In this document: positions 14,200 through 27,376 of the stretch, piece by piece
How the letters are laid out: each line of letters starts with the position of its first letter
Numbering within the stretch: position 1 is the first letter of the stretch
Assembly (NCBI GenBank): GCA_015680685.1
Contig: MNCI01000967.1
Span: 418,458 to 482,457, forward strand
From: Gnetum montanum
Taxonomy: Eukaryota > Plantae > Gnetophyta
Direction: 5' to 3'
DNA: 64,000 bases
The notes under the pieces: model-generated
The model's database searches: none
Seen by the model: the letters and a program-made list of their open reading frames with translations, nothing else
What the model was told of the DNA's origin: nothing
Position numbers and translations under genes: made by a program

Positions 14200-15720
14200 A
14201 ATAAGCCACTAATGTTCAATGGGATCAACTTTACATGCTAGAAAGAATGGATGCAAGGATTCTTTAAATCCATGAAATTTAAAGTATGATAGTACATCTT
14301 GGAAGGATATGTTTATCCCATCGATAGCTCAATAGAAATTTCACTACCAAGAGATAAGTGGTCTAATGATGATAAAAAAATTTATGTTTCATTCAAAGGT
14401 TAGAAACTATCTCTATTGTGCTTTTAGTAAACCTGACTTTAATAGATTATCTGGATGCAAAACTAACAAAGAAATTTGGGAAGTTTTAGAATTCATCTAT
14501 GAGGGAACCTCAATTGTTAAATAATATAAACTCCTAGTCATGCAATTTGAATATGAAAAGTTAAAAATGAAGGAAGGTGAAAGAATCAAAGATTATTTTT
14601 CTAGGGCCGATGATATAGTAGTAGTTATTAGAGAAAGAGGGAAAAGGTTACCTAAAAGTGAAGTTATTATTAAAATTATTAGAAATATACTCCCTAAATT
14701 TAGACCCAAAATTATTACCATTGAAGAAATTAGAGACTTCTTCATACTCAAATTTGAAGAATTACAAAGTGCACGTATAGCATATGTGATGAATCTCATA
14801 AGTAAATGTGCTATCAAGGAGAAACCCATCGCACTTAAGAGTTTCTTAAAAGAAAATGAGATGTTAGATTATGATAGAAATAATGATGATAAATGAGCTT
14901 GCCTAACAAGAAGAGTAAAAAGGCTTCTATCATGTAAAGGAAAAAGCTTCAATCGATCAAAAAGAAAAGGCAAAGAAATATGTAAGAAAACTAGAAATTC
15001 AAATCTTAATATCTCTTCTATAGAATGTTGGATATGTGGTGGAAGAGTTCGTGTGGCCTCCAAATGTTCTAGTGCTAGCAAGTTACCAAAGAAGGAGTTC
15101 ATTCAAGAAGAAAAGAAGGCCAAAAATTTCTACACCAGCTAAGATGTTGAATATAGTGAAGAGGAAACTAATCAACAAAATTTCATCTTATCTACATGGC
15201 TCTTATGTACAAAGGTTGCATGAAGGAATCTGAAGAACCTAAAGGTAGAGTTGAGGAAAGGTATGACATGCTATGTAACAAAATTGTCTCTTTTCAAAAT
15301 TTATGTATCAAAATGAAAAAGACTCTATATAGCAAGGAAGTAGAAATACATAAACTTAATACTAAATACTTCACTCTTAAAAGGAAGAATTCAAACCTAA
15401 AGGCTAAGGTTTAGAAGCTAACCCTATCTTATAAGTAGATAAGTAAGAAATTAGTAGGTGTAAAGCTTAGCAATGAAAAGATTACTAAAGATAAGAAGAT
15501 TGCAAAAGTCATGATAAGACAAGAAAGAGATCATAACAATAAAAGAGGAATAGAAAATAATTCTCATGCTACTAGATCGACAAGAACTTCACCTAAATGG
15601 AGGTACATACCCAAGTTTGAACAACTAGAATGAATAAAAAAACTATGTGCTATTACTATGGAATATTTGGACATATATAATTACATTATTACTTATAGTT
15701 AAGACATTATAATTTAACCA
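14200..15720 (+). pseudogene. gag: copia (SIRE-like) gag with two zinc knuckles and a coiled coil
   Basis: ORFs 14540-14896 and 15196-15414 plus flanking decayed frames. Confidence 0.75.
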
Positions 15721-16401
15721 ATTAATCTTATCAGAAGAAGAGTAGAAAGCATGTCTCATAGGCTAAATAGGTTTGGAGACCTAACATGAAGAAGTAAGAG
15801 GAAGAAATGGTTGAACACATTTCTCTTCACTATAATAATGGAAACACCTAATACAATCATAAAATACCCATCTTGAATAAGAAAAAGGATATAAAAAAAC
15901 ATCTTGGTATCAAAAGAGGTAGACATATGATGACAAAAAGGGAGGAACTCTACAAAGGATGACATTACTATGAACATAAGCAAGTAAACAACCTAGAGTA
16001 AGCAAGGTAAGTATTGGTAACTATGAATATAACTATAAATATTCCTTATCTGCACCATTAGTTATATCGATGCTACTATTTTAGAATTTTTTTAAGATGT
16101 AAACAAAGTATAAGAAAGGTATGTCCCATACTTTTGGCTTTTCGTCATTAAAATAACTTAATTATCCTTGGAAGCATCATTCAAGATCTTCGAGTGTCTT
16201 ACAGTCATTTTTATCATTCCATATCTATGTCTCAAAATCCCTAGGAAAAACATTAAAAATTTAAATAAGACATCTCACTATTTTAAGGAGATGTCTTACT
16301 AGGGACATCTCTACCAAGATACTCTATTGAGATGTCTTAGCTAAGGGTAAGATGTCTTAATTATTATACCCTCATTTTAGGCAAGACATCCTATTTCCTC
16401 T

Positions 16402-17283
16402 TGATGAGAAATGAGGTACCCCTACACTTAACCATACGAATGCAAGTGTTCACACATGATTTGATCAAACTCCATAGATGAACTAGTTGTGGCATCTAGA
16501 TAGTTACATGTTGATCGCAGTTCGTTGTCTTCCCACCTAGACTAGTATTTTCTTTTTCATGTATGGTTTAGTCTAGAGTGAGGTGTATGATGTGTTTCCT
16601 ATCACTATGCTACTCCTAAGGTCAAGAGGGAATAACTTTGATGAAGCTAATGAGCAATACAAAGAAAAGTCTAAGCTAGCCTAAGTGTGATGAGCATTTG
16701 TCATTAATCATATGTACACATCTTGGACTTCATGTACTACTTGTAGGATTACCAAGTGCATGTTACTTAAGCACTCCTAGATACACTACTGGGATACCAA
16801 GTAGTCACACTTAAATGCTCGTGATTAAGTCGTACTCATTCCCCATTTAACAACAGGAATAGTAAATGATGGTAAAGAAATGTTAACTAAGAAAACAATA
16901 AATAACAATTAACAATTAAAGAAATTAAGAGCTAAGTGGATGCTACAATGATGGAGTAATCTCGATCTTTATTGCTGGTCATGTGTGTGTCCAGGTATGT
17001 CACACTCAAATAAAGGTTCCGTACAATTACAATCATCACACTGTAGACATGCACTAGGGAAAGAATTAAAACAAACTAATAGTGAACAAAAAGACTCTAC
17101 ACTTACTCTAACACTTAATTTCTCCCCCTTCATGTGTGTCTAAATGTTATATTTATAGGCTTACATAGGAACCATGATATCATGTATTTGATATCGTTAA
17201 CCAGGCTATGATATTGCGTACTCAATATTGAGGATCCGATATTGAGGGTCCGATATCAGCACCTGACAAACCACAATTCATCA
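16402..17283 (-). mobile_element. Solo LTR (882 bp) related to the Athila LTRs at 22906 and 40677
   Basis: TGATGAG...ATTCATCA termini with TSD CCTCT (16397-16401 and 17284-17288); first ~70 nt closely match 22906 onward. Confidence 0.9.
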
Positions 17284-17499
17284 CCTCTTAAGATGTCTTA
17301 ATCTTACTACAATCCCTTCCAAATATTTCTTTATATATAGTTTAACTATTTTATTTTTCATTTCAAGCCAAAGATTTCCTTTCCTAGATGATCAAGGCTT
17401 CCTTCTCACTACAGTTGCACTCTTTTTAGCTTGGTTTCTAGGACTTACAAGAAGATAGAAACTTTAAGGCTCTCACAACACAAATCCAAGGGCACTAAA

Positions 17500-18200
17500 A
17501 GAGCATCAAAAAGAAAATACAACTCATATAAGCCTTAATCCATATCAATATATGCTCAAAACATGTTTGAGAATAATCTTTTAGTATCCATTATATTTGA
17601 ACAAAATTTGAACTTCTATCAACATCATCAACAAACTTTACTATCGTATTTCAAGACCCTATGATGGGCAATGATTCTCTTTCTATGATGGTTTTAATTT
17701 CTAAAGTGCTAGTTTGTGAATTCTTCAGCAACATTATTATTACCAATACTTTTATTAGAGCTTTCACTTCTATGGTTGAGGGAGTTATTAACCAAGTATC
17801 TCCTCAAATTATAAACAATTTGCTTGAAATTTCTAGTGCTTATGTTCATAGAGTTGTAGTTCATACTATGGATGATATTTTCACAAATGGTATCATCTCT
17901 GTTACATATGATGAATTTTATGATGCGATCTTTGATAGCTCAATGTTTCTCCAATATGAGAAACTACATCAACATTAAATGTCTCAAGATGTCCTCAACC
18001 TTTCTCTTATTGTGATGTATAACATCATAGTTAAAGGAGGTAATTATAATTATTTACTTCCACCACAGGCATGTGTGTTATATTTCTTACTAACATGATA
18101 GTCATTACATTTGGGGCATATTATTTGTAGGGATATTTTGGGCATGTATACCCAAAAATGCATTTATGAACACCCTCTTCCCATTAACCTAATTATACAC
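17500..18200 (+). pseudogene. SIRE-type extra (env-like / plant transposon protein) ORF remnant
   Basis: ORF 17661-17978 LVCEFFSNI..TSMVEGV..INNLLEI, followed by YNIIVKGGNYNYL..LHLGHII; typical of 3' extra ORFs. Confidence 0.55.
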
Positions 18201-19449
18201 TAGGTGGATGTTCTCATTTTAGACCTCATTCTAAAAGGAAAAAGAAGCTTAGGATTTATGGTTTAGGGTTTAGTGTTTAGAAAAGATATTATAATACATA
18301 TAATGTAATGCAAACACATGCTACCATGATGGAAAGAAGATGAGGATATTTATAATTTTATATTCTATGATTTGTATAGATTTTATCATTATAGAGAAAA
18401 AATAATGATAAATACATGTGTGTCATAATTCTCCTTGGGATCATGCACAATGCTCACATACACTCACACATGTCATAATCCCTCAAGTGATAGGTGCAAA
18501 AACACATATTCAATGTAATGAAATGGCTCTTAGCCACAACCTCAATGCCCCAACACCATGTTATATTGTTGTGATCTCCTTAGGTAAGGTTGAATCATTG
18601 TAGCTTATAAAAATAAGAATTAAATAAATATTGTTGTTGTTTTAATGTTATATGTTGATTTTGATGCTTTAATATTTAAGAAATTAATAGTAAAATGAAA
18701 AAAAAATCATAAGATTTATTCACCATGCAAACATTGGAGTTTGCATCCATCAAATAGTTCTAGGCTATGTAACCATGGTAGCACTTTGATAGATTCTAGT
18801 CATATTTGTGAATGCAATGACTCAAAACATACACAAACAGGAAAGGAAATCAACTTATCTAAGGAAGGAAGAGCTTTTCACAAAACTAAATGTCATAATC
18901 TCTAAGAAAATAATTTTAAGTATTAATTTTTTATGTGGAAGAACTTACCTTGAGTATTTCTAGTTTTTGTATAGGAATGAAGATGGTTTAACAGAGGCTC
19001 ATCAACATAGTCCAACTAGATGCAAGATACTCAAGAAGCAAAGGAAAGTGAACTAGGTCTATAAGGATGGTGCATTAGTGACCATGCACTAACATAAGGT
19101 GTGCATTGATGTAGGGTAGTTAGTGCACACCCCTCGAAAGGAATCAACTTCATCTTTTGGATCTGGAGGCAAGCTAGAACCTAAGGGGACATATCAAAAG
19201 AATCATAGGACATTCAAATGAAGTCAAAATCATCCTAAAAAGCCTACAATAATGCATGCAATCTTAGAATGTAACCTAGAGGGTAAGGGTATATCTTGGA
19301 GAGCTAACTACCTCTACTAAACACACTAGACTATAAACATAGGGTGTTCAAAAAATTTCCAAAACCCAGGGCTTACAATTGATCTACAAATTTCCACTAA
19401 ATTCTACATTAACAAATGACATTAATTAGGTTGATTTTCTTCTTCCTTC

Positions 19450-22400
19450 TATTTTTTGAATTATCATTAGTAATTAATTAATATTATCATCTTTAAACTA
19501 GTAATGTAGGTGGGTAGTGATAATTTCATAACATTTTCTTTATTTAATACCAAGAAAAGATATTTCCATCATACTACAATAATTTTCCAAATTTTTTATT
19601 GTTTCATGTGATCTACAACTATGAATGAAAGATGTAGCAATCTTTTCAACATCATCTTCAAGGTAGGAAATTGATGAATCATGTTTTTTATCTTGATCTC
19701 TTTATCTAAGCATCTCAAGTTCACTTCTTTGGAAGCTAGCAAATGATAGTAAATATTAATTTAGTATCTGGAAGTCATATTCCACATCATTCTATACTAG
19801 AGGAAGTATATTCTCATATCATTCTTCCTCTGTATGGACATATTGAAAATCTTCATCAGTATTTTCTTAATATACCTTATAACTCTATTGAACATATAAC
19901 CACTTTTGTTCTATTTCTTCATTAGTTCTACCAAGATTACTTTGAACATATCTAAATGAATAATGTAATAGTAATTAACACCAGCAATAAGCTATCCATC
20001 TTTCCTCAACCATTCTTGGAGGAACTAAAAAGCAAGGATAAGTTCTAACCACAACAAATATTTTCCATGGGTTTCATGATGGTTTATAGTATCTTCTATC
20101 ATTAAGGATATTCCTTATAAATGAGTAGGTTGCCTTTGATATGCACTAATAATTAATGTATATATTTCAACTTTCTCTTCCTCATTATTACATGGAAATA
20201 CCTTTTTATATACCTCTATAGAAACATTAAAATTCTCAAACTTTTACCTACACACATTCAAATGAAGCTCATACAATAGATGAAAAACCTCCATGGGCTC
20301 AATATTGCTATCAATTATGACATCCATACATAAGTATTTTATATGCATTCATTGCATTATCATATAGTTCATTTATTTTTGTAACCTAAAATAACATATC
20401 TTGAAATAATTTTAAGTTTTTTTTTTCATATTTTTTGTATATTTAGCAATGTACATAATAACAATGTGTTGTTCAAGAACAAGTTAAAAGTCTATATTGG
20501 CCCTTCATATTTGCAAAACCATTTTGATATGAACATTAAGTCTATCATCATTTATTTTTAGTTCATAATTTATCTCATTATTATTGTTTGAATCTTAAAA
20601 GAGTTTAGGTTATGGTTGTAAAATCCATGGAGCATTATACCTTAGAACCATGGTATTTCAAGCAATGTAACCATATATGAAAAGTGAAAAACATAAATGC
20701 AAAAGAAAAAACATGATATGGTGAAACAAGAAATAAGAAAATAATATAAATATAGCAAGTACCAAAAAAAATCAACTCCATTCTATCTACACAAGAATTA
20801 TCCTCTTCTACATGTTGTATCACTTCCAACAACATTTAATATTCTATGAAAATCAATATCTAAATCCATAAATAAAAGTTAGTTACTATTTATAAAACAT
20901 GGATGTCTTAGGATGTTGTTTCTTTGAAACTATAAAGAAAGGATAATATAAATATAAGAATGTTGGAGATTCCAACAATATTATACTATAATACTAAGTT
21001 AATTAAATAATTCAAAGACATAATTAGTGGTTGCATGTCAAAACTTACATCATTGTTTCTACCATCTTCTATATATCTATAATTCCAAGCATTTGTTAAA
21101 GAATCAAAAAAATTTCTTATTATCTTTACTTCTTCTAGATTATTCTAATCAAGATTATCTATATTTAAGGATTTTTTAATATTATATCTAAGGATTTTTT
21201 AATCTAGAGAAAACCATGGACATGCATTAATTCAAAATGCCACCATTCCTATCTAGTACAATAGTCAACCATCTAAAATTCTAGTAACAATACCATCTCT
21301 CTAAATGTTTGATTTTAAAGATCCATGAATTTAGTAACTATATGTAGCTTTTCAAAAATATTATTTATTTTCCAATGATTTGCTTCTAAATTATTTTCTG
21401 GAAGCTCTCCAAGGATCAACTTATGCAGTTCTAACCAATACAAATTAGTTACACTTAAAGTCAAGAACATTGTCAGAGTACTTGACTCATTCACCAAATC
21501 AAGAAATTGAGTTTTACATTTTTTCAGTACGAAGGAGTTTCTCATATAGTGATACTAAATCTCATCAATTTATTAATAAAGTTATCTTCAAGGGCATTTT
21601 ATAATTGTTATTGTAACTCTTCTATAGTTAGAGATACAACAATAGTATTCTTTTTGAAGAGTATAGTTATTGATTTCAATGCATGATGTCATACTATCTT
21701 GTTGTAAATGTGATATCTATAAATAGGATTGAATAAATAATTAATTAATATAGATTATCAAAAATAACATAAATTTAAGAATAAAAATCTAAACCTTTTT
21801 GGACGTTAATCATTTATGACAACCAAATCTACCATACTTATATTGGATTAGATGCTTTTCATATTCATGCAACTTGATATCCTTAGCTCTTCTTGTAAGG
21901 AGGTCACATGTACCACATGAAAATAATGTAGGAAATGACACTGAAAGCATACCAATTGTTTTGAACTCATTTATTGAAAAATCTATTAACAAAGGCCATT
22001 ATGTAGTATCTAAATATTCCATATTGGAATTATGTAACCATGATTTTATTAAATTGAGATCTTTTTCTAGCATCAATGGTTAAGATGCAATTGGTAATGT
22101 ATATTTATAAATAAGTCCTTCTTCACCTTCATCTAAGTCAATCATTGAACCATTAAATTACAGTCTTACATTTCCATCCTCTTTACACAATGGAATGTAA
22201 GGGATCTTCTTGAAGATATTGACATCTCTATCTTTGGTACTTTAATACAAAGCATTCATATCAATTCCAATATCATGATAGTAAGGATCATTTTCTACTT
22301 TATATCTTAAAGCTTCATACACACATTTTTATTTACTCTGAATTTGCATTTGTTCCTTTCTAATATGTTCTTTTCAATATAAGCAATGAAATCTAATGAA

Positions 22401-22900
22401 TCCTCAAAAGAAGTCTTTTGAAATTTCAAATAAATTTTATTAAAAATTAATGATATGTCCTTGATACTTAAATTGACCTTCTATAGCATGTGTAACTTGT
22501 AACACACAATTAATTTTTTCTATAAGAATTTCCTCATCTTGGAATAGTTGAAATAAAACCAATGGTTGTGGTTCTAGATCCATATCATTATTTGTAGAGA
22601 AGTTTTAAATATCTTCACCAAATTCATTTAGGATTTTCATTATCTTATTTCTCTTTCATTTATTGCACATCAAACCTAGTCTTCCATTTTTTGTATGAAT
22701 ACCCATGTAACTTTCATTATAGATATCTCAAAATTGAGGAGTTATTAAATAGTGAACTTGCTATGAGAATCTCATCATAACTTATAGTATTTTTATGTTT
22801 GATTTATGGTAGTCAAGATAATATGTTTGATTATTATAAATTTAATGATTTGGTTGTAATTAAATAGTACCAAGATTATTCTCTACTTGTTACATATATG
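19450..22900 (-). pseudogene. Helitron Rep (HUH endonuclease) pseudogene, Helitron2/Helentron-like; helicase part missing
   Basis: Minus strand, in order: FSTNNDMD..EEILI..GQFKYQGHIINF (~22440-22605, DUF6570-like), FPTLFSCGTCD..KHLIQYKYGRFGCH (21810-21992), motif 1 FLTLSVTNLYWLELH (21315-21545), HUH HVH (21216-21224), *RANIDF* (20484-20507) and YIAKY (20439-20453). Confidence 0.85.
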
Positions 22901-22905
22901 ATCTT

Positions 22906-23865
22906 TGATGAGCGGCGAGGTACCCCCTACACTCAACCATACGAATATGAGCATTTCACGCATGATCCGGTCAAATTCCAAGGACTAAGTGCTTGTGTGC
23001 CCTTGTGGAAAAAAGATGGGTTGGTTTATTGTTGTCTTCCCAAGCTTACCTGTATGTCATGATTTTATGGTTAAGTAAGCTTGAGGCACATGATTTTTAT
23101 AGCTTTTATGTTTTTATGTCCTGTGCTAATAGGGAAAGAGAGATAACTAGGTGACTAATTTAACTTAATTACTCATTAACTAAGTTCTAACTAATCGTAA
23201 CACAAGTATCCATTCTCACTTGCCATACACATCTTGAACCAGTGCAACACTGCTGAGATTACCAAATGCTAATCATTACTGGGTTACCAAGCATTACACA
23301 CATGCTCAAAGCTGCCAGCTTGTGTAATTTAACGATTTTCTTAATTGAATAAAATGAATTGCTGTGCTAATAATAGAAATGTAAAGTGCATAAAATAAAA
23401 TAAATGCATAAGAAAATAAAATAAAATAAAAGCGTAAGAAAACAAATCTCAAGTGCTGTAAGGATGAATCAAAGAGCTCGTCTTTATTACCATACACAAG
23501 GTGTGCTCAGGTACACAATGCTTGAATAAAGATTCATCCACACTTAGACCTCCCATTGTGGGCACTTGAAAAATACTCTAACTTTCAAATAGACTACAAG
23601 AGTTTTGCTACTTGACTCCTAAAAGACTTCTCCCAAATTGTGCACCTGGGCACTGTATTTATAGGCTTGGGAGCAACTACTCTAATAATTAGTGTAACCG
23701 CTCTAATAATTAGAATAACTGCTAAAGTAACTACTAGAGTAACCACTCTAATAATTAGAATAACTACTAGGGTAACCCCTAGAGTAACTACTCTAATAAT
23801 TAGAATAACTACTAGGGTAACCCCTAGAGTAACCACTCTAATAATCAGAGTAACTACTCTCATCA
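22906..23865 (-). repeat. 3' LTR of the Athila element
   Basis: Colinear with 40677-41613; adjoins the minus-strand PPT at 23866-23873; TATA box CCTATAAATAC near 23656-23666. Confidence 0.92.
23671..23865. repeat. U3 tandem array of 21- and 12-nt palindromic subunits
   Basis: Units AGAGTAACCACTCTAATAATT and AGAGTAACTACT; counterpart at 41452-41613. Confidence 0.9.
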
Positions 23866-25899
23866 TACCCCCACGACTAAATGAAAACTCGTCCTTGAGT
23901 ATAGAAGAAAAGAAACAAGTTCTTTATAAAATATTGGGAAGGTATGGGATTATTGACTAACTGACAACTGATGGTGGAATGAGATGACAAACTTAGCGTG
24001 CCCAGTGAATAGATCAATAATCATATTACAACATTAGTGTTCATGACCATTGTGGTGAACACTCGTATATAAATGACATCCAAGCCTTTATTTGGTAGCT
24101 TGTAGAGAAAGAGAGAGAAAGAAAATGAAGCATGTTGCCGCCAATGCTGAGATTATGCCTTCTATTGTTTATCCATAGCCATGCCACCAGACTTCCTCCT
24201 TTCGTAAATGCTCCAATTCTGGTCCATCTTGAGTGCTTCCTCCAAGCCCATTCCATTGTTTGTATGATCGCCATCTGCACACACAACACAATCACAAATG
24301 AGCAATGATAGATAAACCACAATGCAGTTGATACCTTGCCTCGATATGAAGCACATTGGCTGAGTTGTGAGTATGGCAGAAATTGGTTCAAAGATTTATC
24401 ATAGGTGACTACCCAAGGTGTAGGGGTTAGGTAAATAGTAAAATGGAGAAAATTGAAAAATTTATGCTAGGGCCCCCACGACTAAGAGGGAACCTCCGGT
24501 AGCTATAAATTAAAAAAATATGAGGAATAAGAAAGATGGGAAAAAATTAACAACAACAATGCCAATAAAATGGATGTCATGGATGGGGATGAAACAAGAA
24601 ATGATTGATTACAGAAAATGTTTAAAGAAAAGAACTTAACAATTGCACCAAAAAGGAATGCCAGTGGGTCCTTCCCAAAGCAGGCTCATGTCTTTTATGC
24701 CCTAACAAACCCACAAACCAAAGAGTCCGTAGGCTCTAGGAATGTCATTTGAAAGAAAGAGTTGAAAACTTACCCATAAGAATTCACCAAAGAGAAATAA
24801 TGCATCAACCTAGAATAGACTAATGATAAAATCGACAATGAGCTGGAAAATGGGAAGAAATATGGAGAGGAGAGAATGGAATGGAATCCCAAGAACAAGG
24901 TTGTGTAAAGACCCTTGTGTATTTCACGGTTAAGATGACTGAGTAGAACTTCATCCCAAATCTAGACTCAAACCAACCACATTCAATGACCTCACATCAA
25001 TACACCTAGCCAATCCATCCTCTTGAAGCAACAAGAATACCTTGACAAAGAGTGACCACCATCTTGAGGATAGCGAGATGGAGAAGCAGGAAGTGAGAAA
25101 GGGCCTTAGTTAGAGGGAACCTTCAAGCATGGGTAACATTTCTTTCCAATCTCATAACCAGTGCTTGTAGTCCATGTTGCTTTATTATGTCTAAAGGGTA
25201 TGCTTTGAATTCTCACTTTTCTCCAATTTTTTTCTATTTTTTTTTTGGGTGAGAACCACACCATGTAAAGACTTATTTTTATTCACTGAACTTCCTGATT
25301 TTTGAACAATGTCAGAATGGAAAAAAATCCAAGAAACAAGCATTCAAGAACCCAAGAGAATGGCCAGCACAAATGCATCAAATCCCCTTGAAGTCACACC
25401 CTTTTCATCCTTTGAGTCTTTCCTTAGTTTGAAAAGTACCCAACCACCAATTCATTAATAAATTTAGTTAGAAAAAGGGGACTGTATAGTTCCAAGCCAA
25501 AGGAGACTATAGAGTTGTATGGATGAGTGGATGGCATGGACTCATTGCCTGTTTGACCAAAAGAACCATACCTTAATATTAGCATCATAATTCAAAGGTA
25601 AAAACCAAACATTATCAATCAATATGATATAATGCAATCCACCATTATGAGCACTTATTGGATGACGAATAAAAGTAAATCAAGCAAACAAAGAAATAGT
25701 AAAAACATGAACGATGGTGTAAAAAAAAAGTTGAAAAATGTGTAAAACAAAAATTCAAAAAGAACTAAGGGCCTAAAACTGTTAGCATAGGTGGCCATCT
25801 CCCCCATGACTGAGTTGGAAGGAGGAGATCTGAAATAGTGAGCAAGGTTGTCCATCGATAGAGGTAGCATGTGTACTGGCTGTCCTAAGCTCATGGAAA

Positions 25900-27371
25900 G
25901 GTTTGGTTTGTTGTACATTGACCAATAGCTTCTTATCTAGGCTCTTAGGTTTGTATATTGTCATGGCCCCTGAAGGAAAAGTTGCATAAATAATATAAGG
26001 TCCTTCCCATAGTTCTTGAAATTTAGTACATTGTGGCACATATGTGAGATTCCAATAGAGAACCTTATCTCTTGGTTAATATTTAACTTTCCTAATCCTT
26101 AGGTCATGACATTGTTTATCGAATGCCTTGTGCAACTCATTAGATGATAGGGCAGCTAGTCGGTTTTGATCTATCAAGTTAAGGGTTACTAATTGTTGTT
26201 TTTGTGCTAGATCAAGGTCAAGGTTGAGGTTACATGTCATGGATAGTGTACAGATCTTAGTTTAAATGGGAAGCGTTGGTAATTTACCATACACTAACTC
26301 ATAGGGAGAGTAGCCTATAGGGAGTTTCCATGTGGAGTGATATGCCCAAAGAGCATCATTCAGTTTAGTGCTCTAGTATCGCCTAAACTTGCTAATAGTT
26401 CTTGTCAATATCTTTGTAATCTCCCTGTTGGTGACTTCTACTTGACTGTTCACTTGGGGGTGGTATGGTATAGTCAATTTATGCTCAACCCCTAAGTGTT
26501 GCATTAATTTCTTAAAAGTTGCACCTATGAAGTGGGTACCAATGTCTGAAATAAGTGCATGGAGCACACCAAACTTGTTTATGATTTGTTGTTGAATAAA
26601 TTGTGTAGCTGTAGATGATGTACAATCCTTTATAGTAGCTACTTCTTCCCATTTAGTTAGGTAATCAATAGCAATAATGATATAGGCTTTTCCATTGAAC
26701 ATTAGTGTAATTGGCCCCATAAAATCAATTCCCCAAATGTTGAAGGGTTCTAATGGTTGGATCCATTATTGTGGACCCTCCATTCTAGCAATCATTCCCC
26801 CATCACATTGATAGTGCTCAAAAGATTGGATGAATTGATGGACATCCCAAAACAATGTAGGCCAATAATATTCTATAAGCAATATCTTAATGGTTGTTCA
26901 TCTCCCAATGTAATGATCCCCACAAGGACCCTCATAAACATCTTGGAAAACTTGCAATTGATCTATATCAGGAACACACCATCAAACCAAGCCATTGGCA
27001 CATACTTTGTAAATTTTTCCATTGATTTTCATAAAGTACTTGGCTTGGTGAAGAAATTTTTGTTTCTTCTTAACTTTTAACTCTTGTGGTATTTGTTGGG
27101 TGAGGAGATAGGTAAGAATGCTACTGTACAAGTTTGTCTCCATGGGTAATTGATTATTCACTACACTAGCAAAGAGGAATTCATCAGGAAAATAATCAAA
27201 AATTGGATACTCATCCTCTTTGTTGTTCCATTTCAATTAAGATAAATGATCAATAACTATGTTCTTGATGCCTTTACAATCAATCATCGTAAGATCGAAC
27301 TCTTATAAGATTACAAGCCATTGTATGATACGAGGATTGACCATTGCCTTATTCATGAGGAACCTTATTAT
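25900..27371 (-). pseudogene. pol: Athila RNase H C-terminus and integrase
   Basis: PRIIQWLVIL*EFDL, HEGPCGDHY, FNIWGIDFMGP, IAIDYLTKW, ISDIGTHF, PYHPQVNSQVE, WEGPY (ORFs 26982-27236, 26373-26720, 25782-26039). Confidence 0.9.
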
Positions 27372-27376
27372 GCTAT

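Larger units (their letters stand above)
13017..18200 (+). mobile_element. SIRE-like Ty1/copia remnant (LTR-like region with AGACATCT/AGATGTCT motifs, gag, extra ORF); pol missing
   Basis: gag N-terminus PLMFNGINFTC*KEWM near 14206; ORF 14540-14896; knuckles CWICGG..ASKC and CYYYGIFGH; repeated AGACATCT/AGATGTCT motifs at 13.4-13.6 kb and 16.27-16.39 kb; boundaries approximate. Confidence 0.65.

Noticed and set aside
18248-18282. Interstitial telomeric repeat
   Set aside because: Only one perfect TTTAGGG among about five degenerate units, which is common in plant repeats
23671-23865. CRISPR-like repeat array
   Set aside because: No unique spacers, no cas genes, eukaryotic LTR context
23594-23960. 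Repetitive ORFs on both strands (also 41414-41699)
   Set aside because: By-products of the 12/21-nt LTR array, whose unit lengths are multiples of three
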